Shown here piece by piece: positions 33,734-41,903 of a stretch of DNA of 64,000 bases; position 1 is the first letter of the stretch, and the number at the start of each line of letters is the position of its first letter. The stretch comes from an uncultured Candidatus Saccharibacteria bacterium (GTDB taxonomy: Bacteria > Patescibacteriota > Saccharimonadia > Saccharimonadales > UBA4665). A program made the translations under genes and the position numbers. The notes beneath the pieces were generated by a model that was not told where the DNA came from, did no database searches, and saw only the letters and a list, made by a program, of their open reading frames with translations. The stretch spans positions 1,109 through 65,108 of the forward strand of contig CAYZGW010000002.1 of the NCBI GenBank assembly GCA_964478195.1, written 5' to 3'.

Positions 33734-34135
33734 ATGGGTCGGCGTACATCTTTTTTCTTAGCTCTTTTTATAGTTATAGTTGTTGGCCTTGCTTTAGTGA
33801 TTGGTCTTATGGGCGGGCGATCTGCCGGTAGTACGTGTAGGGGTGGTGGCGCTTCGGTTGGGCACCAAGTGGTTATTACGGGTAATAAGGTTAAGGTACC
33901 GGGTGACCAGATAGCAGGGAGACTATGTGATACGCTTACTATCACAAATGATGACACTGTCTCTCGTGAGATTGCCTTTGGCTTGCATGAGCATCACGAG
34001 CCATACAATGGCGTAACTGAACGAGTTCTTGGTAAGGGCCAGTCGTTTACTGTTACTATGGATGCACTAGGCAGTTTTCGTTGGCACGACCACATTCATG
34101 ACGAAGTACAGGGCTACTTCACCGTTTCTAAGTAG
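33734..34135 (+). CDS. Membrane-anchored small protein, possibly cupredoxin-like fold
   Basis: N-terminal TM FFLALFIVIVVGLALVIGL. Beta-rich body with His cluster HEHHEPY...WHDHIHDE. Fold assignment is speculative. Confidence 0.45.
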   Translation: MGRRTSFFLALFIVIVVGLALVIGLMGGRSAGSTCRGGGASVGHQVVITGNKVKVPGDQIAGRLCDTLTITNDDTVSREIAFGLHEHHEPYNGVTERVLGKGQSFTVTMDALGSFRWHDHIHDEVQGYFTVSK

Positions 34136-34226
34136 TGTAAGGCTCGGGGTTTGTCGCTGGCGAATCCCCTGCATCCCCTAGATACCATATATAAAAAGCC
34201 GAGACTTGTCTTCGGCTTTTTATATA

Positions 34227-34304
34227 TGGGGCGAAAGATGGGACTTGAACCCACGGCCTCCGGAGCCACAATCCAGCGCTCTAACCAACTGAGCTACTTC
34301 CGCC
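34227..34304 (-). tRNA. tRNA-His (anticodon GUG) with encoded G-1 and CCA
   Basis: Reverse complement G-GCGGAAG-TA-GCTC...CTGGA-TTGTGGC-TCCGG...GTGGG-TTCAAGT-CCCAT-CTTTCGC-C-CCA. The extra 5' G pairs with discriminator C. Confidence 0.95.
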
Positions 34305-34472
34305 AAGAAGGCATGAGACAAACCTACGGTTTTTCTCATATAGCTTCGCACGAAAGGTATTTCTTCCGGCTTAGCATACAGTTCTCACTTTCGTTTGAAC
34401 TATTGTGTGGACAAAATGGAATACATTTTGCCTGGGCTGCTCTTTTCCCGGACTGCAAGGGAAATAAAACAG
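34305..34472 (-). ncRNA. Candidate structured ncRNA / tRNA leader element, copy B (homolog of 28565-28743)
   Basis: By hand alignment about 120 of roughly 137 core positions are identical to copy A. The same hairpin series is kept, and it ends a few nt before tRNA-His. Confidence 0.45.
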
Positions 34473-34477
34473 AGGTA

Positions 34478-34506
34478 ATTATACTGGAGAGAGGGAGTTT
34501 TTACAA
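34478..34506 (-). promoter_or_regulatory. Sigma-70-like promoter for element copy B
   Basis: Minus strand TTGTAA (34506-34501) - 17 nt - TATAAT (34483-34478). The upstream gene's TAA stop lies inside the -35, as in copy A. Confidence 0.45.
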
Positions 34507-35499
34507 CCCAGCTGCAGGAGTGTGGAAAGTGACGTCGATCTCTTCTTCGGGCTTGGGGCGATACGCTTCTTTTTCGGCGTAAAGGCGGAAGGCTTTTTTA
34601 TCGGCTACGGTAGTTGGTTTTTGGGTAAGACTACGCGGCCAGAGCTTGTAAGTATGTACCACATTTATTTCTATAGCATACATGAGTACTTGGGCCTGCA
34701 AATAGATCCAGAATAAAATAGCGAGCACAAGAGCAAATTGACCGTATAGACCCCGCAGATTGTGTAGCTGGTGTGTAATCAGATAGCCGCCGACTGCCTG
34801 TAGCAGGAGCAGGCCAATACTGGCAGTAATAGCGCCTAGGCGAATATCTTTGCGCGGATGTCTTCGGGAGCTGCCAATTAGAAATATATACATAAAAATC
34901 AGGTACAGCAGACTGACGTTAATCAGTATCGGCACAATACGCAGTACTGGTGCGCGACCTACCGCAGCCAATGCGTAGCTGGCCAAGCCGTTAGTGAGTA
35001 GCAGCCCCAGGCCCCCACCAAGAAGCAGCCCCAGACTTTTTAAGATGTTTTTAGGAAACCCACTACGCCGGGTGCGCGGAATTGCCCAAGCATGGTCAAG
35101 TGCGTTGCGCACCGCATCTGCTATGCCGCGCGCACCGTATAGAGCGAATAACAGCCCGGCAATAAGTGCGGGTCCAGTTTTGTTGCTGTGGACGCTGGAC
35201 TGCAGCTGCTCGCCCACAATCGGGAAATAGCTGTTTATATCAGCCACCAAGCGGGTGTGTAGCTCGCTACTACGCCTGGCTACCGAATCTATTATTGAAG
35301 TCGCCGCCAAAAGTAGCGGAAAGAGCGAGAGGAATCCATAGTACGTAATAAGTGCTGCTTGATGACCGGCATCGTCGTCACCATATTTCTTAACGACTGC
35401 ATAGGGAAAACTCAGTGCGTGATGCTTCTGCTGTAACTTATCAAGCCAGATAGCTAAACGATCAAAAGGGTTACCCTTTGCTGTTGCAGATTGCGTCAT
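34501..35499 (-). CDS. YihY/BrkB family membrane protein
   Basis: GHQAALITYYGFLSLFPLLLA signature and six TM helices. I prefer the start at MTQSATAKG (35499) to avoid overlap with rdgB. Confidence 0.8.
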   Translation of the reverse strand: MTQSATAKGNPFDRLAIWLDKLQQKHHALSFPYAVVKKYGDDDAGHQAALITYYGFLSLFPLLLAATSIIDSVARRSSELHTRLVADINSYFPIVGEQLQSSVHSNKTGPALIAGLLFALYGARGIADAVRNALDHAWAIPRTRRSGFPKNILKSLGLLLGGGLGLLLTNGLASYALAAVGRAPVLRIVPILINVSLLYLIFMYIFLIGSSRRHPRKDIRLGAITASIGLLLLQAVGGYLITHQLHNLRGLYGQFALVLAILFWIYLQAQVLMYAIEINVVHTYKLWPRSLTQKPTTVADKKAFRLYAEKEAYRPKPEEEIDVTFHTPAAGL

Positions 35500-35575
35500 G
35501 AATCCTATTATACCCTGCCGTGCTGTCCGTGATCCTAACGGTAATGCACAAACCGAAAACTGAAGAGTGCAGTTA

Positions 35576-36124
35576 TCAGGCAGCAACCATCTGGGTCAAT
35601 TTTTCTGAAAGCAAAGCGGCCGCTTTGCGGCGGTGGCTAATAGTATTTTTGGTGTCCAGACCTAGCTCAGACATAGTTTTGTCATAGCCGTCGGGTATGA
35701 ATACAAAATCAGACCCAAAGCCTTCGCCGTCTCGGGCTGCAACGATGCGGCCGTCGAGTGCTCCGTCAACAATAAGTTCATGTGTTCCATCGTAGTAGCC
35801 CATGCAGCAAATAACTTTGGCACGTGTTTCGCCCGCTAGCATAAAGAGTGCGCCCTTACCAAGCCGCTCTTCAAAAAACTTAACAAACGGTCCGGGCAGG
35901 CCATTCAGCGCGTCTAATTCAGCTGATACATCCTCAACAATCACTGGACCGTGTATTGCTTCGTATGCTTGGTGCAATTTATGGCGAACAATCTCATGTA
36001 AATCAAGTGATTGAATTTCATCAAGGTTAAGCTTTGTGGTGCTTAGTGGTATCTCTGCGGAAAATACTTGCTGTAGCTCTGCTAATTTATGCGGATTGCC
36101 TGTAACGATGGTAATTGGCTTCAT
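35576..36124 (-). CDS. rdgB: Non-canonical purine NTP pyrophosphatase (RdgB/HAM1 family)
   Basis: ITIVTGNPHKLAEL, EDVSAELDALNGLPGPF, GFGSDFVFIP, ISHRRKA. Confidence 0.85.
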   Translation of the reverse strand: MKPITIVTGNPHKLAELQQVFSAEIPLSTTKLNLDEIQSLDLHEIVRHKLHQAYEAIHGPVIVEDVSAELDALNGLPGPFVKFFEERLGKGALFMLAGETRAKVICCMGYYDGTHELIVDGALDGRIVAARDGEGFGSDFVFIPDGYDKTMSELGLDTKNTISHRRKAAALLSEKLTQMVAA

Positions 36125-36135
36125 AAGAATATATT

Positions 36136-36212
36136 TGGTGCCCTGGGTTGGACTCGAACCAACGACCTTAGGCTTAGAAGTCCTCTGCTCTATCCATCTG
36201 AGCTACCAGGGC
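36136..36212 (-). tRNA. tRNA-Arg (anticodon UCU), CCA encoded; weak anticodon stem
   Basis: GCCCTGG/CCAGGGC acceptor, GCTC-AGATGGATA-GAGC D arm, loop CTTCTAA, GTTGG-TTCGAGT-CCAAC T arm. The anticodon stem GAGGA/GCCTA has only 3 Watson-Crick pairs. Confidence 0.75.
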
Positions 36213-36272
36213 GCGCACCGATCTGGCTACATTATACCGTAACAGATGAAATTGCTATACTAACAGGTAGCT

Positions 36273-37076
36273 ATGCAAAATGGACCATATATCAAAGCCC
36301 GGACATTACCGGAGATAATTCGTAGCATCTGCCGTAACCAGGGCATCAACTTCCAATCCTTTTCAAACGACTGGGTACTGAGATTGGAAAAAGACAATAC
36401 GGTGCGCTGGATTGTCGGCTATAAATTTGACGTTAATTTGGCTGCATCCGGCCAACTCGCCCAAGATAAAGTAGCGACCTATATGGCGTTGCGTGCTGCA
36501 AGTGTACCAGCGATTGAGCACTACTTAGTACGTTCTATGCCGCATGATCCTACGCAATGGCACCTAAATTTACCTGATTTAGATGATCAACCAGTAGTGC
36601 TCAAACCGCTGGATGGTACTGGCGGGCGTGCTGTTGAACGGTTTGCATCACTTGCTGAAGCCATCCAGACAGCACAGTATAGCGGTGAGCCCGCTTGGGC
36701 CGTCTCGCCACATTACGATTTGCAATCAGAATACCGGCTAGTAATGTTGGACGGCAGGCTGCTACTATCGCTTGAAAAAACACAGCCCACTACGCGCGGC
36801 GACCTCAAGCTGTTTAATCTTGGATTTGGTGCAGTAGCGACGGATATCATCGACACATCATTACTTACTGATCTTACGAATATTGCAGGGCAGGTAATGC
36901 GCGTGTTGTCATTGCGTCTAGCTGCAGTTGATATTGTCCGTACTGCGGATAATATATTGCGGGTACTCGAGGTTAATGATGGGATTACTCTGGAACACTA
37001 CGCAGCGCAATCGACAGAATACCAGAAACGCGTTAAGGCTGTTTACGATGCGATTACGATAGCTCTGTTTGCCTAG
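36273..37076 (+). CDS. ATP-grasp fold ligase (RimK-like core, no pre-ATP-grasp domain)
   Basis: DKVATYMALRAASVP, VVLKPLDGTGGRAVERF, EYRLVMLDGRLL and AAVDIVRTADNILRVLEVNDG match ATP-grasp central and C-terminal motifs. Confidence 0.65.
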   Translation: MQNGPYIKARTLPEIIRSICRNQGINFQSFSNDWVLRLEKDNTVRWIVGYKFDVNLAASGQLAQDKVATYMALRAASVPAIEHYLVRSMPHDPTQWHLNLPDLDDQPVVLKPLDGTGGRAVERFASLAEAIQTAQYSGEPAWAVSPHYDLQSEYRLVMLDGRLLLSLEKTQPTTRGDLKLFNLGFGAVATDIIDTSLLTDLTNIAGQVMRVLSLRLAAVDIVRTADNILRVLEVNDGITLEHYAAQSTEYQKRVKAVYDAITIALFA

Positions 37077-37104
37077 GGACTCCCCAATGCTATAGTGGGC
37101 GTAT

Positions 37105-37938
37105 ATGTTTGAAATCTTAGACCGAACAGATAACGACGCCCTGCCTGAAGAGCCAGAAATGAATCATGATCCCGAAGTCCATCCTTTTGATAATCCGGAT
37201 CTAACTGAGGTATTTCTAGAGACCTATGGTGTTTCTAAAGACATTCTAGATGCTGCTAAGCGGCCAGGGCTAAGTGCTGAACCTGAGCCGAAGGAACTAG
37301 GCGAAGCTGAAATGCTCCGCGAGCGCATGAAGCGCTTTCCAGGAGAAGGGGCTGCTCCCTATGCGCGGCGTATTCTCTATGAGGGAGTATTTGCGGCGGT
37401 CGGAGCTGTTACGCCCGGGGGACTTGCTTCGCATGGGTACTACCAAGGTTATGTGGACCATAAAACTATCGAGCAGCTTGCGGAAAGCAAGGTCTACGCT
37501 CCGCCGAGTCCCGATGGTTTATCCCAAGATGACAGGAGACTACTGAGTCAGCTTGGTGGAATGACAGCTAATCAGGAAGGGATTGGGTTTATGTATCGGA
37601 CCCTCCACATGCTCCATATTGTGCCCGAGATGACGGAGCCGGCTAATCGAGAATTAGCAGGACTATTTGTTCCCGAACGGCGTCTTGAAGCTGATCAGCC
37701 AGTGAGTAGGACCGAGCTTATGTTTCATGCTTGGGGGCAGGGACGAAGCTTCTTTGACGCTAATGGGTATCGACCTAATATAGAAAATGATCCTGAAGTT
37801 ATTGCTGCGACTCATAACCTGGCGCTACTGCGTACACATCCTGATATGCAAGTATTCTTTGAGTACTTGTCGCCGTATGCTTATGATAAACGCTCCTTGA
37901 GTGTAGGCGAATCGTCGCCCGATGCCTTTGAACAATAA
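37105..37938 (+). CDS. Hypothetical protein with acidic N-terminus
   Basis: 277-aa ORF 28 nt downstream of the ATP-grasp gene. No recognisable motif. Confidence 0.55.
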   Translation: MFEILDRTDNDALPEEPEMNHDPEVHPFDNPDLTEVFLETYGVSKDILDAAKRPGLSAEPEPKELGEAEMLRERMKRFPGEGAAPYARRILYEGVFAAVGAVTPGGLASHGYYQGYVDHKTIEQLAESKVYAPPSPDGLSQDDRRLLSQLGGMTANQEGIGFMYRTLHMLHIVPEMTEPANRELAGLFVPERRLEADQPVSRTELMFHAWGQGRSFFDANGYRPNIENDPEVIAATHNLALLRTHPDMQVFFEYLSPYAYDKRSLSVGESSPDAFEQ

Positions 37939-38002
37939 AGGTGTAGCGATTTGGTTAGAAGAAAAAGAGTTTCAAAAACACTTTAGTATACTGCTGAATT
38001 GG

Positions 38003-38077
38003 TGGTGCGGGTGCGGAGAGTCGAACTCCGATCACCAGTTTGGAAAACTGGGATAATAACCGCTATACGACACCCGC
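38003..38077 (-). tRNA. tRNA-Gly (anticodon UCC), CCA encoded
   Basis: GCGGGTG/CACCCGC acceptor, CCAGT-TTTCCAA-ACTGG anticodon arm, CGGAG-TTCGACT-CTCCG T arm. Confidence 0.9.
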
Positions 38078-38153
38078 GCAAGCTAACTTATTATATCATC
38101 TCTGTATATGGGCGACTTTGACAATTATGTTGTAAAAATGTATAATTTGTGTA

Positions 38154-39272
38154 ATGCACATCAGGGTCTGGTCTGCGGGTCGTTTAAGAACCCTCCTTAC
38201 TATTTTTGCTATCAGTGCCACTATGTTAGCGGCATACTTAGGCCGTAGTATGTCCTCACTGCATAGTAACGTCGTGTCACATAACCTGTTGGCTAGTATG
38301 GTGCCTCGGCCTGCGAATATGAGTGAGGCCGCAGACCCTCAGCTCAGACGCTTGTTTCAATATGAACATGTGTTGCAGTATCGGTTTACCAGTGAAATGC
38401 TTTTTATTGCTACTCCTCGCACAGCTAGCGAAGGGCAGGCGGAAGCCGAGACGCTAGCAGTTACGCTAAAAGAGTATCAAAAGTACAATCTTGTGCCTTT
38501 AATAATCATTGAGCCTACTGATAATGGTGCTCTGATTGACCTACGCCAGCTGCACACGGCCCCTTATACTGCAGCGCTAGAAAGCTTATGCAGTAATTTG
38601 AAGCGCGCCGGTATCACTGATGCTCAGATGGGCACGGTTGTACCGCTACCAGAGGCAGATCTACCAGATTGGGGTGGCGCTAGTACAGATCCGTCATTAT
38701 TCGCACAGAATTATATGGTGGTGAGTAATGTGTTCGAACAATCGTTCCCGCAAATACATTTCTCGATGCTACTCGATAGCACTGTATATCCAAGTGGCGA
38801 TACAAAGCATCTTGATGGTGATGTATCGGCAAGTGCGCTCCTGCGTTATGTAAACGCCATAAAGCAAACCCCAGGTATGCCCACTATTGATTCGCTAGGC
38901 TTCCAAGGGTTCCCATGGACTGTTGGTGACAGCGCCTCGGACTACTTAAATGAAGCTACGGCACAAGCGTTGGCTCGAACACTCGGCACTCGTACCATCT
39001 GGTTTAATACAGGTACGGCTCGGTCGTATGGCGGTACGGCAGTTCCTGACGCCGTTCGTAAAAAGCAGCTCTTCGGAGAGCTTGCGCAGGCGCAGGTTTT
39101 ACAAGGTTCTGGATTTACGGTACGCATGAATATTTTTGGCTTTATCGATACTGATACGGACTGGACGTATCCGCTAAGCACTGGTAGCCAGGCGACAAGG
39201 TCGCTAGCCGCGTTCATGCAAGACGCACATATGCAAGGCATAGAGACGAGCCTGTTTGCCTCTGGTAGATAA
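38154..39272 (+). CDS. Secreted/anchored protein of unknown family, paralog 1 (possible glycan-active enzyme)
   Basis: N-terminal TM/signal. Shares collinear blocks with 40553-41896 (KxYxxYxxxPLxxxEP, AGITDxxMG, LPExxxPxW, LLDSxxYPS, DSxGxQGFPW, IWxNTGT, AQAQxLQxxGF). Confidence 0.6.
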   Translation: MHIRVWSAGRLRTLLTIFAISATMLAAYLGRSMSSLHSNVVSHNLLASMVPRPANMSEAADPQLRRLFQYEHVLQYRFTSEMLFIATPRTASEGQAEAETLAVTLKEYQKYNLVPLIIIEPTDNGALIDLRQLHTAPYTAALESLCSNLKRAGITDAQMGTVVPLPEADLPDWGGASTDPSLFAQNYMVVSNVFEQSFPQIHFSMLLDSTVYPSGDTKHLDGDVSASALLRYVNAIKQTPGMPTIDSLGFQGFPWTVGDSASDYLNEATAQALARTLGTRTIWFNTGTARSYGGTAVPDAVRKKQLFGELAQAQVLQGSGFTVRMNIFGFIDTDTDWTYPLSTGSQATRSLAAFMQDAHMQGIETSLFASGR

Positions 39273-39341
39273 CGGGCGTAGTGAGGCAGTAGAGATCTAA
39301 CAAAGTTGACGTATATCCAATTTGGGTATATAATATAAACT

Positions 39342-40445
39342 ATGTTGAGTCTGGTCCGGCGGAGTGTGTCGCTGCCTATTACTCGGGCACTGCAAGTAGA
39401 CGAATTGTTTACTACGATTAAGCATAAGCTTCGTAGTGTGTTTGCTCGTGCTGCTTTTCCGGTAATAGGTATCACGGTTCTTGCAAGTGGTGCTACGCTT
39501 ATGTTTGCCACTGCGGGTGTGCAACCCGTGCATGTTCCAGCAGTAAACCACCATTCAAAAGCAAAAAAAACGCTTGCCGCAGCGCCGGCGCAAAAAACTG
39601 TCGCATCTGTGGCTGCGGCAAGCTGCTTGGGCTCGGATAGTCAGTCGACAAACATTTTTGCAGCTTGTCCTAGCTTTGAACTGCAATACGCAGGTAAGCG
39701 TACTGGAAGTGTTGATGCAAACGTACTCAATGCGTACGCCGGCGCGCCAGAAGCAAACAACGAAGCGCAGCTATATACTAACGGCAGCCGCAACTTACGT
39801 GTTGAGAATGGCGCTTTGGTGCTTGAGGCGCAAAACGAAGCGCAGCAAGGCTTTAACTACACCTCTGCCCGTATTGATACCAAGGGTAAGGAAGATTTTT
39901 TGTATGGACGTATAGTAGTGCGTGCAACGCTGCCGAGCGGCGTTGGTACGTGGCCGGCTATATGGATGCTGCCAAGCGAGTCAAGATATGCGAACTTGAG
40001 TCCAGCCACTGATCTCCATCGCTACCTCAACGACGGCGAAATTGATATTGCCGAAGCGGTTGGCACCGATCCACATACGATTTATGGAATTGCCCACTCG
40101 CTCGCCTATCCAGAAGATGGGAAGAACCGCAATTATTTCAACACAATACGAGTGCGTGATAGTAGTGCAGTAGCCCACGACTATGAAGTTGATTGGACAC
40201 CAACCAATCTGACATTTCGTGTTGATGGTAATCCATTCTTTTCTATCGACAAAAGGCCCGGAGCAGACTACCACTCTTGGCCGTATGATCAACCCTTTTA
40301 TCTTATTGTAAATCTAGCACTTGGTGGGAGCTGGGGTGGCACTGATACAGCTGATTTTCCCGGGGATGGGGTCGATAAAGCTGCTTTACCTGCCACGCTT
40401 ACGGTACAATCCATACGATACTATCCCTACATTGGACAAAAGTAG
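39342..40445 (+). CDS. Glycoside hydrolase family 16 (beta-1,3(-1,4)-glucanase/laminarinase-like)
   Basis: GRIVVRATLPSGVGTWPAIWMLP and the catalytic motif GEIDIAE, then PFYLIVNLALGGSWGG. N-terminal TM anchor. Confidence 0.85.
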   Translation: MLSLVRRSVSLPITRALQVDELFTTIKHKLRSVFARAAFPVIGITVLASGATLMFATAGVQPVHVPAVNHHSKAKKTLAAAPAQKTVASVAAASCLGSDSQSTNIFAACPSFELQYAGKRTGSVDANVLNAYAGAPEANNEAQLYTNGSRNLRVENGALVLEAQNEAQQGFNYTSARIDTKGKEDFLYGRIVVRATLPSGVGTWPAIWMLPSESRYANLSPATDLHRYLNDGEIDIAEAVGTDPHTIYGIAHSLAYPEDGKNRNYFNTIRVRDSSAVAHDYEVDWTPTNLTFRVDGNPFFSIDKRPGADYHSWPYDQPFYLIVNLALGGSWGGTDTADFPGDGVDKAALPATLTVQSIRYYPYIGQK

Positions 40446-40552
40446 GGTATTGCGCGCCGGGGTCCTATGGCCTTGGGGAGTTTGAAAGCGCCCGATTATA
40501 CATAAGCACTATACTAACAACATGAAATTGCGCTGAAACCAACTTATACCGT

Positions 40553-41896
40553 ATGATACCTGTAATGGTATACAGAATGGGACGTCGTACGCGGTTTTAT
40601 AAGCTCCGTCATTCGCACTTCTATTGGCCTGTGCAGTCTATTGTAATGGTGATCGGCCTTTGTCTTATTAGTGGCTTGGGCATGGCAGCGAGTGATCCGC
40701 AGCAGGCATTATACTTGGTAGGTATGCATGTTCCAGAAATACGTGGGGCCGCCATTAAAGCCAATCATGCAAATGCCCCCCATACTGCTACGGGGAGCAG
40801 TAAGCAGCCGCCTAAGAGTGCTGTTATAGCCAGTGCCCCTGCGGCACCACTAGCGGCCGATGGCTTGCGCGTGCTTGGCTGTTCAGGATTCCCAGCTAGA
40901 ACGCCTGGACTCGCGGATGCTGCAAACTCGGAACTCCGCAAGCTTGCGGAGTACGAGCAGGCATGTAATGGGCAGTTGGCTGAGCGTTCTTCGTTTTTTG
41001 TGCCTACTCCAGCAACCACAGATCAAGCGCAAGACTATGCTAACGATGTCGTCGTTAGTCTAAAAACATATGCTCAGTACGGTATCAAGCCCTTAGTATT
41101 TATGGAACCAAATAGTGCGGTGGGTGACGACCTAGATTTAGTGCAGTATCAGGGCGGTGCGTATGATGCTGCCCTAGATGCGTATTTTGCAGCGATTAAG
41201 TCAGCGGGAATTACCGATGGCATGATGGGTATGTGGGTAATGTTGCCGGAGGGGAACATTCCTTCCTGGACCAGTGTTGATCCTAACGTCTTTGCGGCTG
41301 ATGTTACTAAGACAGCACAGTTCCAGAAGAAATATTTTCCAACCAGCCAGACGACAATTTTGCTAGATAGTGAGACCTATCCTTCTGCTAGTTCGTGGAA
41401 TGGTGGTACTTACGTGAGCCTACTTCCATATGTACAGAATATACCTAAGGGATTACTTGATAGCTTTGGATTGCAGGGCTTTCCCTGGTCTCCGCCAGCA
41501 AATCAAAGTGGTCCAAGTTTGTCCAACCCTAAAACGTATCTTAGAGTTGACTTTGCGGCTGCTGCAGCCCGGTCACTTGGTGTCTCAAAAATCTGGCTCA
41601 ATACCGGCACCTTTTCCCAGGCGTATGCGAATAGCCCCGCAGAGCGAGTTACGGATTCCGCGCTGCAGCGTCAGACGATGTTGAACGGCGTGGTAGCTCA
41701 AGCACAAAGCCTGCAGGCACAGGGCTTTGGCGTTAGCGTTCATCTGTTTGCGCAAGATAAGTCAGCAACCACGGAAGCGATTAATTGGTCGTATTGGCGC
41801 ACACCTGGAGATGGCACAGACACAGCAGTGTTCACGACATTTGTGCATGATATAACAAACAGCCACATTTCTTTGTGGCTGTTTGACACGTTCTAG
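40553..41896 (+). CDS. Secreted/anchored protein of unknown family, paralog 2
   Basis: N-terminal TM, an Ala/Pro-rich linker, and a body paralogous to 38154-39272. Confidence 0.6.
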   Translation: MIPVMVYRMGRRTRFYKLRHSHFYWPVQSIVMVIGLCLISGLGMAASDPQQALYLVGMHVPEIRGAAIKANHANAPHTATGSSKQPPKSAVIASAPAAPLAADGLRVLGCSGFPARTPGLADAANSELRKLAEYEQACNGQLAERSSFFVPTPATTDQAQDYANDVVVSLKTYAQYGIKPLVFMEPNSAVGDDLDLVQYQGGAYDAALDAYFAAIKSAGITDGMMGMWVMLPEGNIPSWTSVDPNVFAADVTKTAQFQKKYFPTSQTTILLDSETYPSASSWNGGTYVSLLPYVQNIPKGLLDSFGLQGFPWSPPANQSGPSLSNPKTYLRVDFAAAAARSLGVSKIWLNTGTFSQAYANSPAERVTDSALQRQTMLNGVVAQAQSLQAQGFGVSVHLFAQDKSATTEAINWSYWRTPGDGTDTAVFTTFVHDITNSHISLWLFDTF

Positions 41897-41903
41897 ATGC
41901 CGT

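Noticed and set aside
34151-34582. 143-aa plus-strand ORF in the track
   Set aside because: It runs straight through tRNA-His (34227-34304, minus strand) and the conserved non-coding element upstream of it. It has no SD and its composition is implausible, so it is spurious.
36036-36325. Two short plus-strand ORFs (36036-36242, 36089-36325)
   Set aside because: They overlap the rdgB start and tRNA-Arg on the opposite strand, so they are spurious.
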